A stretch of 64,000 nt of DNA from Dicyema japonicum (Eukaryota; Animalia; Dicyemida). Within the stretch, counting starts at the first letter, position 1. Every line of letters starts with the position of its first letter. The notes under the pieces are model-generated. The model saw only the letters and a program-made list of their open reading frames with translations. It made no database searches and was not told the origin of the DNA. Position numbers and translations under genes: made by a program. This document shows, one piece after another, positions 10,120 to 22,620 of this stretch. The stretch is from positions 1,032,552 to 1,096,551 of the forward strand of contig RDEW01000012.1 in the NCBI GenBank assembly GCA_011109175.1, read 5' to 3'.

Positions 10120-12400
10120 TTAAGACATTTTTTGTCATTTACCCTTCTTGGGTGTCTCCCTGTTCCAAGGTGGCACCAAAATAACTTGCTTCTTTTACAA
10201 TGAACAATTCCTCAATGGGGTTCCCACGACTGTAAAGACTAGATATCACCATTAAATTAATTAAGTGAAAAAGCGACTATTATGCTATTTTTTCTGATTT
10301 GAAATAAAAAATATTCCAAAAATATAAACTTACAGTTTGGTAGTCGGGAAACACAAATAATCGGAAGAGAGTGAATCTCATTGAAGTATATCCCTTCTGT
10401 TTTGACATTTCCCAATTTCATACTTCTAAGTTGAGATTGACACAACAATTTAGAATTATCAAAAATATGAAGACCAAAATCCACACAAAAAGCACAGAAT
10501 TAATCAGTATCTGAGAATTCGTAATACACCGAGTCAAACTCCTGTTTGACAATTAGCCAGGCACAAAAGAAGCAATCGTTATGTTTTTCTTGACCAATCT
10601 ATTGAGAAGAGCATACTCTTTAGTCATTTGGAATTGCTCTTTAGTCTCCAATTTACAATCCAAAAGGTGGTAAACATTTCTTTCCATTAATAAACTTTGT
10701 GCAATGTTTGCAGAAGTTGACTGAATTAGCTTTATTCTTGTTGAGGTACGAGATACTTTTGTAACCAATTTGAAAGAATTCTGTTTCTTGTACTCTTAGC
10801 AATATGCTCACATATGATGTGAAAAGCTATCATTATAAAATTATAAACACCATTTTTGGAAACATTGCCGAGTAATCACTAACGCCCAATATTCCCAAAA
10901 TCTAATTTTAACACTTTTTTAGAAAATTTAATTTTTCGATTTGATCCCACCCGGAACCAAAAATTTGTCAAGATAAATCATTTCCCGTATTCTTGGGGGA
11001 ACGTGACACCAAAGGCCTACTTCTTTTGTCTTGCTGACTGAGTGCGCAACTCTCAATAACGTTGTTCTACAGGCCCTTAGCTGCAGAGTTTCCGGCTCAA
11101 CTGTGACGTGGCCAAATAAGATGTCATTATTTCCATACTCCCTTGAAAATCAATTTTTCGGGACTCCACATCTGTGAACACCTTTTTTGGGGCCATAACG
11201 CTGACGGCGACACAATCACCTGGAGAAGGAAGTTCGGGAAAATCTGAAAGTACAAATCACTCAGGGAAAGCTTCAATTTTATTCCCATTGCTTTGGAGAG
11301 TTCCGGGGTCATGAGAAAGATGGACTTTGGCTTGCTTCGAAAAGATGCGAGCCCCGAAAAGGACTTTGGTTGAGGTAGATATTTCAGAACATTTAAATTG
11401 TATTCGAAGTAATATTAAAGAAATTCGAGAAAACCTAAAATATCTTTTGTTTTTACCTAGAAAATTCCGTAATGCCACGATAGGCCAGAAATTCACAACT
11501 CATACTTTTCATAGATATACAACAAATATCAAACGTATCTTCTTATGTCTCGTAGCAACATCCCCACATAATTTGAAAAACGGGCAGGTAACTAAAATAA
11601 CCAATTAGTAAAAGAAAATAAATTATCTCCCATGGGTTTAAACGTATATTTAAATTACAAAAACATGTTCGTCGATGTGAAAACAATGCCGAAGATAGCT
11701 TTGAAAAAAATAGAAAATAGAACTGATTTGTCACATAGGTGGCTTGATGTCTATGGGCAACCTGTTTTTTACGTGTTTCCATGGTACCAAGCTAGCAATT
11801 GCTAGATTTAACAAAGAATTTATTTAATATAATAAAAAACAATTTTTTTAAGTCTTGACATTAAGACCGATCTTCTTTTTCAAGAAAATTCAACCTATAA
11901 ATACATTCAAAAAATACACGTGAATTAGATAAGATGAGACTATTTCGCATGTATCAGAATATTTGGATTCAAACTTTTCAAGCATCAATGCTGGGTTAGT
12001 TCCATGATCTTTCGCGATTCGTACCTTAATTAAATACACCAAAAATTTAACTTGATCTCCAATTGCATAATTGTGCTTACTAAATGTAAAAAAAAACAGG
12101 TTGCCCATAGGCTTCATGTTGCCCATGTGACATAAGATAAATTCATACCAACGATTAGAAAACGAAAACGTTTGCCTTTTGCAATATTATATATAATTTT
12201 CTATAATAATAAATCACATACTATGCAAATATTTATGGCTAAATCAAACAAATCGGTTCGAGAAACTGAATTTTATTTTAAAAATACTTTGAAAAATCGG
12301 TTTAACAAAGTTTGGCTAAACGAGAATCATTTTAATAACATTCACTACATCAAGACTTTTCTGATAAAAATCAACGTAAAAACTATTATTCTGTATCACT
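10120..12400 (-). CDS. Probable multi-exon gene or pseudogene of unknown function
   Basis: Successive minus-strand ORF pieces separated by several 20-25 nt GT-AG segments; no family recognised; boundaries approximate. Confidence 0.3.
11729..12132 (-). mobile_element. Ginger-like non-autonomous DNA transposon
   Basis: TGT...ACA termini with ~45-bp imperfect TIRs (tgtcacat.gg...ctatgggcaacctgtttttt). Internal YAIGDQ|VRIAKDHGTNPALMLEKFESKYSDTCEIV resembles an integrase C-terminal GPY/F-like module. No TSD visible. Confidence 0.6.
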
Positions 12401-12599
12401 TTTTGAAATGTAAATAAGTTCTCCAGGTTGATGTGCAAGCATATGTTCATTCGCTATGACTCTGCATACTTCGTATGAGATGTTACTAGACTATCAAGTA
12501 AGAACAATCGGTACTATTTTCACTTAGCGTGATGCAATATCCACAATTCTTTAGAAAGAAGGTCTTATTTCCTCAATNGGAACGCGCCGTCGTGACTAC

Positions 12600-14800
12600 G
12601 AAGATTCAGGCATTCGGCCGATACGTGCTTGTGTGGGGTCTAGGGAAAAGCATCGGGCCAAGTTTAGGTCTCTGCAGAGATGCAATAGAAGAGTTATACT
12701 CTTAAATCCGTCAAGTGAGGTTAATCGCCCACTATAATCAGAAACCTACACGGAAAGTACCGTACCAAGAAAGGAGGTTTTTAATCCCTATTAGATCCAC
12801 AATCAATATAATGTCATCTCCACCAACAAATATAAGCAATATCACAAATATTGTTTATGTTGGACAGAGTGCGTATGAAGATCTCGCAACGTGCTCGAAA
12901 AAGGAGCGATAGGATCCACCATATAAGCCAAGCTCACAAAACTGAAAAAGCAGCATAAAAAATAACAGAGCTCACTGGACTGAGAGGAAACCAGAGATAT
13001 GAGAAACGAGGGATCGTGGAGAAAATACTTCGAATCCAAGAATCTAGAAAGCAATTAAGAAAACATAATTAGTGTTTTGAGCTTAATCTAATATTTTTAT
13101 CAAGAGGAGCAAATGAATACTCAATTTTTGTTCAGTGAAAGCGACTGTCTTATTTTGGGAGAATATTTGAAAAAAACAGATGGGCAATGAAACAAATTTA
13201 TGATTAACAAAAAGTGACAGGAGCAGACGACATGTTTTCAGTCTTTAGAAAAAAGCATCTTGAAGTAAATAAACAGCTCCCGAAGTGGAGAGCTACGGAT
13301 GTGATGGAGTGTACAACTTCTTCCTCAAAAAATTCACATCAATTATGACCGCCTCTGTGAAGAGGTCTCATAGTTAATACACGGAAAACATTCTCCAGAT
13401 GAGTGGTTCTTTACTGGAATCACCTATCCCGAAGAAAGACGTGTGCCATACCCAAAGGAATTTAGACATGCTCAATTTATCAGCACAATTTAATTGTGGA
13501 AGTAAAGATAAAGAGGGGGATACTACAGGTCTTTGTACTTCTAATGGATCTTCTGTGCAGGATACTAATGCTAAATACCCAAAGTGGCTATTCACAACCA
13601 TAGCCCAGAATCCCTAGTTATCCAACAAATCACCTGCGTTTATGGACTAACTAAAAATATTCTCTCGAGAAGAAAACGATTATGATATTCCAAGAGGTTA
13701 ATTCTTTCTTTGAAGCCGCTGGACTTGTAAGGATTGTCAAAAAATAAACTAAAAAATGTGCTCATCCTGGGATCTGAGGCAACTTGCTCGACGGAATGAA
13801 CGGATATCTTGAACGAGCCTTTCGATTTGAGCTGATCGACTTTCTCGTACAGAATCGGATTCATTTGAAACCTGGAAACAAGGAAAGACTTTATTGCCAA
13901 GAAATATGCTTGGAAGAGAATTGGTATCCCTTCCCATAAAAGTGAACGATTACGATTACAATTCTTCCAAGACTTGGAGAAGAAGTCATATTATTGATTG
14001 AGGAAAGCAGGGATTCTATTGGTCATATAATTAAAGAAAGCACATTTGGCCACAATCGTAAAATTGAATTGCACATTATTCTGCATATTATTCTGGATAA
14101 CGTTGCATTTTACAAAAATATAGCAGAATTGATTTGTACGAAGGGCACTCAGTAAAATTTTACCTCCATATACACAAAATTTTAATTCTAGTGAGAACAT
14201 GATTAGAAAATGGAAATTTTGTGTAAGACGGAATTTGTCAAACGATTGCGAAGAATTAAATAATTTGATAATTGAAAGCGAAGGTGACTCGTTCAAAGTG
14301 GACAACTACTTAATTGATTTGGAACGCGACTTAATTGGATTGGAATCGGCTTAATTGAAATGGAAAACGACTTAATTGATCTGGAAAATGGCTTATATGA
14401 AGTGAGAACCTCGTATCAATGTTGTCGTCAAGGAATCATATCAGTGGTTATCAGATGGGACAATTCTCCAAGATTGTCGTATCTCATACAAGACCGTATT
14501 TATTCTTCAAAACGCTGAGAAAAAGTGCAACCATTGTAACTCTGCCAGGAAAAGCGTCGACCATTTGGCAAAAAGATGTGGTCGTATGCTAAACAGAGAT
14601 TATCTGCAAAAGAATAATGAGGTAGTTAAATTCATACATCTGCACGTGTGTTGTCAATATAGAATTAAGAACACTAAGAAACTCAAGACACACTCCGTGC
14701 AGTCTATCGTTGCTAACGAGTTGTTAGAGTTGAATAGATGCGACAATAGCCACAGACAAGAAGGTACAAAATAACAAATCGAACATATTTTGTTCGATTT
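12600..14800 (+). mobile_element. Decayed R4/Dong-like element with unrelated central segment
   Basis: 5' part KPTRKVP...LPKWRATG.DGVYNFFLKKFTS (to ~13360); 3' part CNHCNSARKSVDHLAKRCGRMLNRDY...NEVVKFIHL (14420-14800); RT core not seen. Confidence 0.7.
14308..14405 (+). repeat. 21-bp tandem repeat, 4-5 units
   Basis: Units of cttaattg...tggaa; translate as heptads LIDLERD/LIEMEND/LIDLENG. Confidence 0.8.
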
Positions 14801-15179
14801 GTTATTTTGAGCACTGAATGATGAAACTGAAGAAGGAAAACGCAACCCATGACAACCCAAACTATTTAAAACGAAGAGTCTGAAGTGTGGTGAGTGGGCC
14901 AGGATAAAATAGGAGACAAATTGATGCGGAACATAATTCACATTAGCAAATAATCTATAAAATTTTAAAATATTTTTTTTATTCTGGCTATTTTTAAATA
15001 AAGTTAAAAAATGAGCAGAAAAGGGAGTGCGGTTAGTTGTCTGAGAAAGATAAATTTTTTTTCTTTAAATCACAAAAACAAATGTTATAAAAAATATTTT
15101 AGTGTGTATTTTACATTTAATAAAAAAACTAAAACTTTAAAAACTAATTTATCCGCGGATTATTAATTGGACTGTGACA

Positions 15180-15470
15180 TAAAATGTGTTATTTCATCAA
15201 GGAGTTATTTCCCTTGACCTACTTTATGGGTACGAGGGGTGGTTCTTCTCTTCAAAGAAGGAAAAGATTTTATCCTTCCTAGAGAAAACAAAGAGAGCTT
15301 CAATTAAGCTCTCCTTAAACAAGAAACTGAAAGACTGTCTAAGCACGAAGAAAACAAGCTGTTAGAACCGATTAGCAGGATTGTGGAGGATCGGATCAAT
15401 GTTTTCGGAAAAGATCAAAGATGCAAGACACGTATATAAAGCTGGGAGAACGTCCTAAAAAATAAAAAAA
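15180..15470 (+). mobile_element. LINE 3' fragment, same family as 61840-62307
   Basis: Direct nucleotide alignment to the reverse complement of 61840-62110 (LLYG.EGW, LLEPIS.IVEDRIN). Confidence 0.8.
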
Positions 15471-15589
15471 GGAGGAAGGGTACAGGTGAGGAGTTCAAGC
15501 CTTATGGTAGGACTCAGATGTACACCCCTCAGAAAACTCCTTAACTCATTTGTTAATAAATCGTTATTGTACTCAAAAATTTATTGGTC

Positions 15590-15975
15590 GTTTAAATACT
15601 CACTAGTGCACGAAGTTGCAGTATAGTTAGATAAACGTTGCTCTCACGATTGCAACAAAGATCAACTAGAGAAGCCACCGGTCTCGCGTGCGTCGGCTTT
15701 TTAGTGTAGCTAGGCGTCTTAGTTTCTTTAGGAAGCGAAAGCGATTTTCCTCCAGTTTGTGTCGACACGATGGGATAGAAGGCGAATCGTCGCGTAGCGC
15801 TTCGTATTTCTTCTCCTTTGCCTTCATCGTTTATCATCAGCATAGAGTCTGTCTACCGCGCTCCCGACAATGTAGGATGGGAAAGTGGGTCGACACAAGT
15901 AGTATCCCAGACCAATCCCTCTTCGAATGGGAAAATTGTGATCCCGTCAGGACGTTATCCGTCTCCTCTTTCGTT
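15590..15975 (-). mobile_element. CRE-like RLE retroelement 3' fragment
   Basis: GDG*RPDGITIFPFEEGLVWDTTCVD...KEKKY. Confidence 0.8.
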
Positions 15976-16089
15976 AGAAAAGCTTTGATAAAGAAAATAA
16001 AGGTTATGGATTAAGGGTTAGGGATTGGTTCGAACATTCATTTTGTCTATTATTCAAAATTTAAAAAATAAATAAAATGTGTTATTTCA

Positions 16090-16996
16090 TTACCGAAATA
16101 TTATATAATATGAAATCGATGACCTTCATATCATCAGGTGACATATAATGCAGGGAGATTAGATTTTTATGAGCATAACGATGCATCTAAATTTTTAAAA
16201 TCATGTCAAACTGGAAAATCTTTAAATTTCTTATAATTAGTACCACGCTGAGAATCTTTTCAAAGCAGTATCATATAAATCCAATGAGTTGAATCTTAAA
16301 CGCTTGGATTCTTCGCTAGCGATTGTTATTTTAAGGTGGTTGAGACATTCCCCCATTTTGAGATCCTCCATTCCGGTATCCCCATAACATTCATTAATCT
16401 AAAAGTCGACATAACTGAATACTTTAGATTTGAAAGCTGAAACGACTTTACCGACACCTGTTTTGCTGAGAATGTATGAAGCTCCTCCACTGAAGTACCC
16501 ATTCTCGAAAAACATGTAAAACTTATTGCCGAAACTGATCGATTCAAAGGGATCATAGAGTTTCAGAAAATATCTCAGATTCTCCATAATAATGTACGTG
16601 TCATCATCGGCTTTTATAACCCAGTCAAATTGGCCGGGAAATTTGTCTTGAATGTATTCCAGTGCTCCCAAAGTTTTCGCTGGGAGATGATTATAGTCGT
16701 CGTTAATGTCCAATGAAACAACGTGTTCTTTCTTCAGGCCCGGTCTTCCAACAAAAAATAGGACTTTATCGCATCTTTTTCCCCACGTGTTTAAAACAGA
16801 AACTCCACGTGTTTTATAGTAGCTCACACTAGTTAAGACCATGCAAAAAATTTTTTGATTTGGAACAACGACTTGACTGCTTTTGAATTCGACTTGAGAA
16901 TGTCTTTTATTATACAGGATAATGATGAAAAATACTAATATTACTAGAACAATGGCATATCTTAGAATCAAAATAAATTTACTTTTTGTAGAGCAT
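16090..16996 (-). CDS. C1GALT1: Core 1 beta-1,3-galactosyltransferase (GT31)
   Basis: Type II TM anchor, IFCMVLT, TWGKRCDK, DWVIKADDDTYIIMENLR, GYFSGGASYILSK, EDLKMGECL, ISLHYMSP. First intron 16961-16982; one indel near 16240. Confidence 0.9.
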
Positions 16997-18872
16997 TAAT
17001 TAGAGCATGAATTATGTATTTCTAATCTGAATTAATTAATTATTTTAAATTTATTTTTTATTTTTCATAGGAAATTTATTTAATTATTAATTATCTTAAT
17101 AATTCTATAGAATTCTCAAGGCTTTTACTCACTCTCTAATATCTTCCTGTTTATTGTAGAGCTTCTATACAAGCAATTTGTTCTACCTAGTAATGTAAGG
17201 TGGTGTCTCTGGTGCTACTTTCATGTTCTCAAGTCGGAGGAGTTTCAAGGCGAGGATCCACATTACAAGGGTCATAACACAATACGAAAGGAACCTTTTG
17301 GGGGACGCAGTAGCCAAAGGGTCAAAATCTCCGGATATTTTCCAAGTTGGGCCTAGTACCCACACCAATTGATCCCTACATTTGAATCCGGGTCTACACG
17401 GGACTTTGTTACCCAGTCCATTGATCCCTACAAGACGGCTTGGGACCACTGTGGAAGAGCATACTTGGGAGAAGACCTACAAAGGAAGAACTAACTGGAG
17501 ATGGGCGTATGGCTTTGTACCTACAACGTTCTGGAGATATATTAGGATGTGTAACCTAGACCAGCAAATGGATAGTTAGCAAGGAAAAGGGGTACCCGGA
17601 TGAACAGTCCAGGCCAACTGGCGGACTGATAGATACCTATTCCATAACCTGTTGTTTTAATTCATTTTCATTACCTAGTATCAGTACGCCTGTGCTGCTG
17701 GATTGCCCCCTTGTCAATATCGGCACAGAGCAAGCTGGAAGTTTTACAAAATCGATGTCTCAAAATACTATTGAGAAGTCGAAAATGACGTCCACCTCGT
17801 TACTACGGAAACACTAAACGTCCCCCAATCATGGAATGCCTTACGGAACATCACTGGGACTTCCTCAAAATGGAATAGTCCCCTGACCATCCCATCGGGC
17901 CCCACATCAAACTATGGAGATATGGGAAGAAACCTTCCCTGCAGTGGAGATTACTCCAGGACTCCAAAACTAACCGAAGGAAAAAGACTGTATGGACACC
18001 GGAATGACTTGATTAGACGATAACTTTTATCCTCTTTCTCGTGATTTTGGGGTTAATGAAACAAATAAATTATATGGGTTAATAATCTTCCAAGATCGTC
18101 CTGTCACCATAACTTCCACCATGTTGAATGTCTTGTTCTAATACTAATCTCCTCTGCCCGTCAGTGTCTCATTGATATTGAGCGAGTGATCTATTTCCGA
18201 TTTTATGAGGATATCTTGAATGCGAAAACTCATTTGCTTACTGACGGCTCAGGTATCAATCGACATACACAAGTCTTTTGATTCTGTTTCAATTCTCACT
18301 AAGAAGTCTTAATGTCACTTGTACCTCCATACAAGAACTGGGTGAGAATACTCTTTTGGGAAGAGTTCGCCTCAAGATGACAGAAAACTCTAGGTATTCA
18401 GCATGTTAATGACATTTACCCTTCACGCTATGAATTCATGATCAAGGGGTTTCTAATAATAATTTTTAATAGTTATTGCACAGAAGAGCCCTCTCCCTTC
18501 CTCATGTGACCTGCACCAGCAGTTCTATCACCAAATCACTACTCTGAACATAAATACGACTGTTACGCATTAAAATTTACCCTTTCCTCCCGAGAATTGA
18601 CCATATCAACTGACTCGGTAAAAACCGGCATTCCTCTCCCGGTAGTCTCAGACTGATCAATTACTGAAGGTTCCTTTCTTTTATGCATAGAACCAGGAAA
18701 CTCAATGTTGAAGCCATCATCCTTTCAAGGCAACACATTGCTCACTTGTTGAAGAATGTCATTAAAAATTGATATTTTGTTAACAACAGCAACAATGATA
18801 AATAAATTTAAATGTTAAAACTTTATTAAAATATAAAAAATTTATTTTTATAAATATTAAAAAATTTACCTC

Positions 18873-19955
18873 ATGTTCAAAGTTGGTCTTCAATTACAGA
18901 AAAGGATTACCAACTCTGGCTATAAAGGGCAGTTGTATGTTTCATCATTCAACAAAACTAAGTCTTTAACAGACAATCATGAACGAAGAAATTACTCAAT
19001 TTTGGACTCGATAACTTACAAGTCCCCCAAAAGTATTAGCAATTACCTCCAACTAATTCGCTTTAACAAACCCGCCGGTATATTCCCATTGCTGATTCCT
19101 TCACTTTGGGCAATCTCTTTATCTTCTCCCGCCGGTTGTTTCCGGATTTGAAAACTGTCTCCTTGTTTTGTTTGGGGGCATTTTTATGCCGTAGTGGTGG
19201 ATGTGTGGTAAATGACATTATTGACGCTGACTTTGACAAAAACGTGACCCGAACATCCCAACGGCCTGTTGCCTGTGGGAACCTGACTGTTTTAAATGCT
19301 GCAAGTGCTGCTGGTGTGTTGTTTTCTCTGGCATTCTGCGTTCTCCTGCAGTTCAATCCGCTAAGGTTGTGCATGTGGTTTATTCTAGCATTGTTTTGGG
19401 TTCCTTTTCTTCTTTTGGTTGTATCTTATCCTTTCATGAAACGACTCATTGATTGGCCACAGGTTTTCCTTGGTTTTCTGGATTTTGCTCACAGTAGGCT
19501 TGGTGTTCAATTGGGGGTGTTTTCTGGGTGTCTCAGCTGTTCGGGGGACGTGCGAGCTCACATACTGTCTTCCGCTATATATGACTGGGATTTTGTGGAC
19601 TTTGATATATGACACTATTTATGCCCACCAGGATAAGCGAGACGATGTCTTGATAGGGTCAGATCTTCGGCCTTGTCTCTTGGACAGAGGACGAAGGCCT
19701 TCAGTTCAACCTGTTTGGCTGGAATGACTGGGATTTTGGCTTTAACTGGGAATATTCATGATTTGGCCTTTTGCTTTTATCCTATTTTGGGGGTGTCGAC
19801 TGCTTTTCAGACAGCTTTGGTGGGTGTTGTGTTTGACCGTAGATTTGGAAGGTCGACTTGGACGATCCTTATCAGTGCTGGAGATTCTTCTCATTGCAAG
19901 CGGTATATGGATCCCTCATCTATCAGCGATTGTACTAGGAAATTATTATAAGTGA
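18873..19955 (+). CDS. COQ2: 4-hydroxybenzoate polyprenyltransferase
   Basis: [68 protein letters not shown]; basic presequence-like N-terminus; mini-introns and several indels. Confidence 0.95.
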
Positions 19956-20289
19956 ATTTCAGTTTAATTTTAATGAAATATAACAATTAAAGTGATAACA
20001 AGCAGTTAACTATAAAAGTTCCTTCAGTCAAGCCTGGCTTCTCTCAGAATTGAAATCGAATTTCTCCTGACGATTTGTAGGGAAATGCGCTCAATAAGCC
20101 AGTTGCGATCAATATTGAATCATAGTCCTTCAGTAGTGAGATTATTTTTTGATTGAAATCAATATTGAATGTTTCAAATTACCATTGAATCTGCAGTAGT
20201 CGAAATCAATGTGATCAAAACTTAAGCTACTTCTGATTCCATGGTAATAGTAATCAATATGAATCGCAATATTCTGTATTAAATCTACT

Positions 20290-20840
20290 AGATGTTTGCA
20301 TAGCCCATCGTTGCAGATGCGGCAAAATGTTCGATGTTATGCGCCTTCCGCCCACTCGTGAATGAGAAGCGCGTGAAAGAGTTCAAGTCCAATTGAGTCA
20401 TTCTGGGTTCACTGGAAGCCTCCGGATTCGCCATACAGCTAGGCCCATAGGACTGGACTTAGCAAACAGACCCTGATAGGATCTCTCTTTTTCCTAGGAA
20501 AGGTGGGAAATATCTTGCTCGGGTTGCTACTCATGTGAACGGGTTCTCCCGTCCAACCTAGTGCTGACGGCAACTTAAGAGAAAGCTGAAAAGCTTAAAA
20601 GAAAGAAGTAAAAAAACCTCATAGGACTTTTCAATCCATTCACAGTCGAGACTTTGGTGGTGATCGGATCATGTTCTATGTTTTTATTCTACGGGTATCA
20701 TTGGATTAAAGAGAAAGCAAGAGTTCTTAGATAACCAAGGGATCCTAAAGGTACAAGGGAGAGAACTAAAAGTGTATGGTCTCCTGCATTGCTCTATTCA
20801 TTAGAATAGTGTCAGCTAGTATTGTGAGGAGGTTAATAAA
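20290..20840 (+). mobile_element. CRE-like RLE retroelement 3' fragment, strongly decayed
   Basis: HRCRCG, PDRISLFP, EKAEKLKRKK, FNPFTVETL. Confidence 0.7.
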
Positions 20841-21096
20841 TATAGTTTTACCCGTGCAGTGCTAGAAATAATTAAATTAACTAAGCGGTTCTACATTCCT
20901 CGATCGTGTGCAACTTTTCTTAAGTCGTCGAGATTATCTCCACATCTTAGTTTCCTTTTGATGTACATGATATCCACATCAAGTATCCCAAGAAGTGATT
21001 TGTGGCGCAAATTTTTGACTAAAACATTAAATATAAATTTTAAATAAATAATTTTAATTTAAATTAAAAATTAGAATTTATTGTTGACTGGTGTGA

Positions 21097-21516
21097 ATGT
21101 CAAAAGTAATGAGATATCTTCTAAGACTCGGTAAGTCTATTCATAAAACCAACAGGACCGGCATCTTGGGTCGAGTCTTTTGACAGATTCCGCTTCTATC
21201 AGTCGGACATCCCTCGATACGGTACTTAGTACTCAATCACCTTACAGGTCTGTTGACCGACGACACATACTGCAACAGTGAAGACGTCAACGAGGCTCTT
21301 CGACGTTTACCACGTGAACTTTACGACGCACGTGTCTTTCGTACACTGAGGGCTGTTCAGTTATCTTGCAACAAAACCGTTCTACCACGTGATCAGTGGA
21401 CAAAGTTTGAAGAGGTTGAATGCATTTGATGATTTTTAGGATGAGAAATACCTTACTCCTTATTGGAGGAGATTTTGGCTGAGAAGAGAGAAAGGGAAGA
21501 CTGGGACAAACGATAA
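21097..21516 (+). CDS. UQCRB: Cytochrome bc1 complex subunit 7
   Basis: YGLLTDD...DVNEALRRLPRELYDARVFR...LPRDQWTKFEEDEKYLTPY.EE...EKREREDW. Introns 21131-21155, 21222-21247, 21415-21439; one missing T near 21464. Not in the ORF track. Confidence 0.95.
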
Positions 21517-21984
21517 TCAGTTTACTAATACATTACTAGCCATTTTAATATTGATTCTCTTTTAGTCGTCAGTTTTAGGAGCGTTTTTGGTGATACCTTA
21601 AATGTAGACAAAATATGGAGGGAATTTATTCCGATTGAGGTGACGATGACCGGCTTGTCTAGTGGAAGTCGGATTGTTGAACTGGTGACACTGATATATG
21701 AGCCTAAGGATGCAAGGAAGCATGGAATGCATCTATGTCTGGGTTTGACTCCTGTCTAGCCCAATTGGAGGACGTTGTATATGTCTATCTTGAGGAGGAG
21801 CAATTATTAGTTTGTTATTAGTTCTGAGAAGAGATCTTCTATTTAGAGGTGATTATTCACACCCCTTCTCGAACTTTATTGATGCCAAAATATCATGACT
21901 TTTAATTCGGGGTCCGCTCTCTAACATTGTTTGATGCCAATAACCTCATTTTTGTTTCCGTGTAAAAAATAGCTTTACCAACCG

Positions 21985-22620
21985 TTAGCCCTTTGATGAC
22001 CCAATCAGATGTGGTTGGTTTGTTGTCTGTCGTTCTGTGTTCTTTTAATACTCAATAGTAATTCTTGGTGCTACAACAAAGTAAGAGATCATTATAGGAA
22101 TTTCATTTCCACAAAATCCGGCTCTTGTGTGTCCGAAGTAATTGACCAATTAACAGTAAGATTAAACGCTTTTACAAATATTAAAGCATTTCTCAAGCAC
22201 TTTCATGTAATATCAAAATTCAATGAGCAAAGACAGCTTTACGCCATTTAGCGATTTTTTATGTTAAAAACTGAAAAAGTGAATTTATAATTTAAAATGC
22301 AATTTATTCACATCAGGAAAATGATATGCCTCAAAGCAAGTGAAACATTTCTTCCCGAACACAAATGTCCATACAGAACGATTGTCGTTGGAACCCCTCC
22401 ATGGAATGATTCAGTGATGCGGTAGTGACCAGATGATCATTTTAAGGCCATCCTGTCAATGGACTTTCCTGGGACGGGTGTATCATATGTCGGTGAAAAA
22501 AAGAGAGTGTTTGAAGAGATCCTTAGAACAAGTAACCACTGAGGGATTCGAAACTAGAACAAGCGACTACAGACAACTCAAAATATAGCGTTATTTTGTA
22601 TTAAATCTTATTAGTTAGCC
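21985..22620 (-). mobile_element. piggyBac-like 3' remnant
   Basis: C-terminal TCFEAYH, and a terminus ttagccctttgatgaccc resembling TTAA-CCC; heavily degenerate. Confidence 0.4.

Noticed and set aside
11750-12125. RFX X-box-like motifs (gtttccatggtacc, gttgcccat)
   Set aside because: They lie in or next to the TIRs of the Ginger-like element.
16011-16023. Telomeric TTAGGG seed marking a chromosome-breakage site
   Set aside because: Fewer than two perfect units; expected by chance.
19497-19640. Rhodoquinone-type COQ2 exon as in helminths
   Set aside because: The diagnostic positions are the ubiquinone type (FNW, YAHQ rather than LNW, YSHQ), and no duplicated mutually exclusive exon is present.
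900-21470. Frameshifts in NRDE2, MDH, C1GALT1, COQ2 and UQCRB as programmed frameshifting, RNA editing or pseudogenisation
   Set aside because: Where checkable they are single-base losses in homopolymers, and each MDH copy is intact where the other is broken; this is the signature of unpolished long reads. Short-read polishing would settle it.
18873-21516. COQ2-UQCRB as a functional ubiquinone operon
   Set aside because: Only two genes, separated by a retroelement remnant, with no visible evidence of co-transcription; adjacency can be chance.
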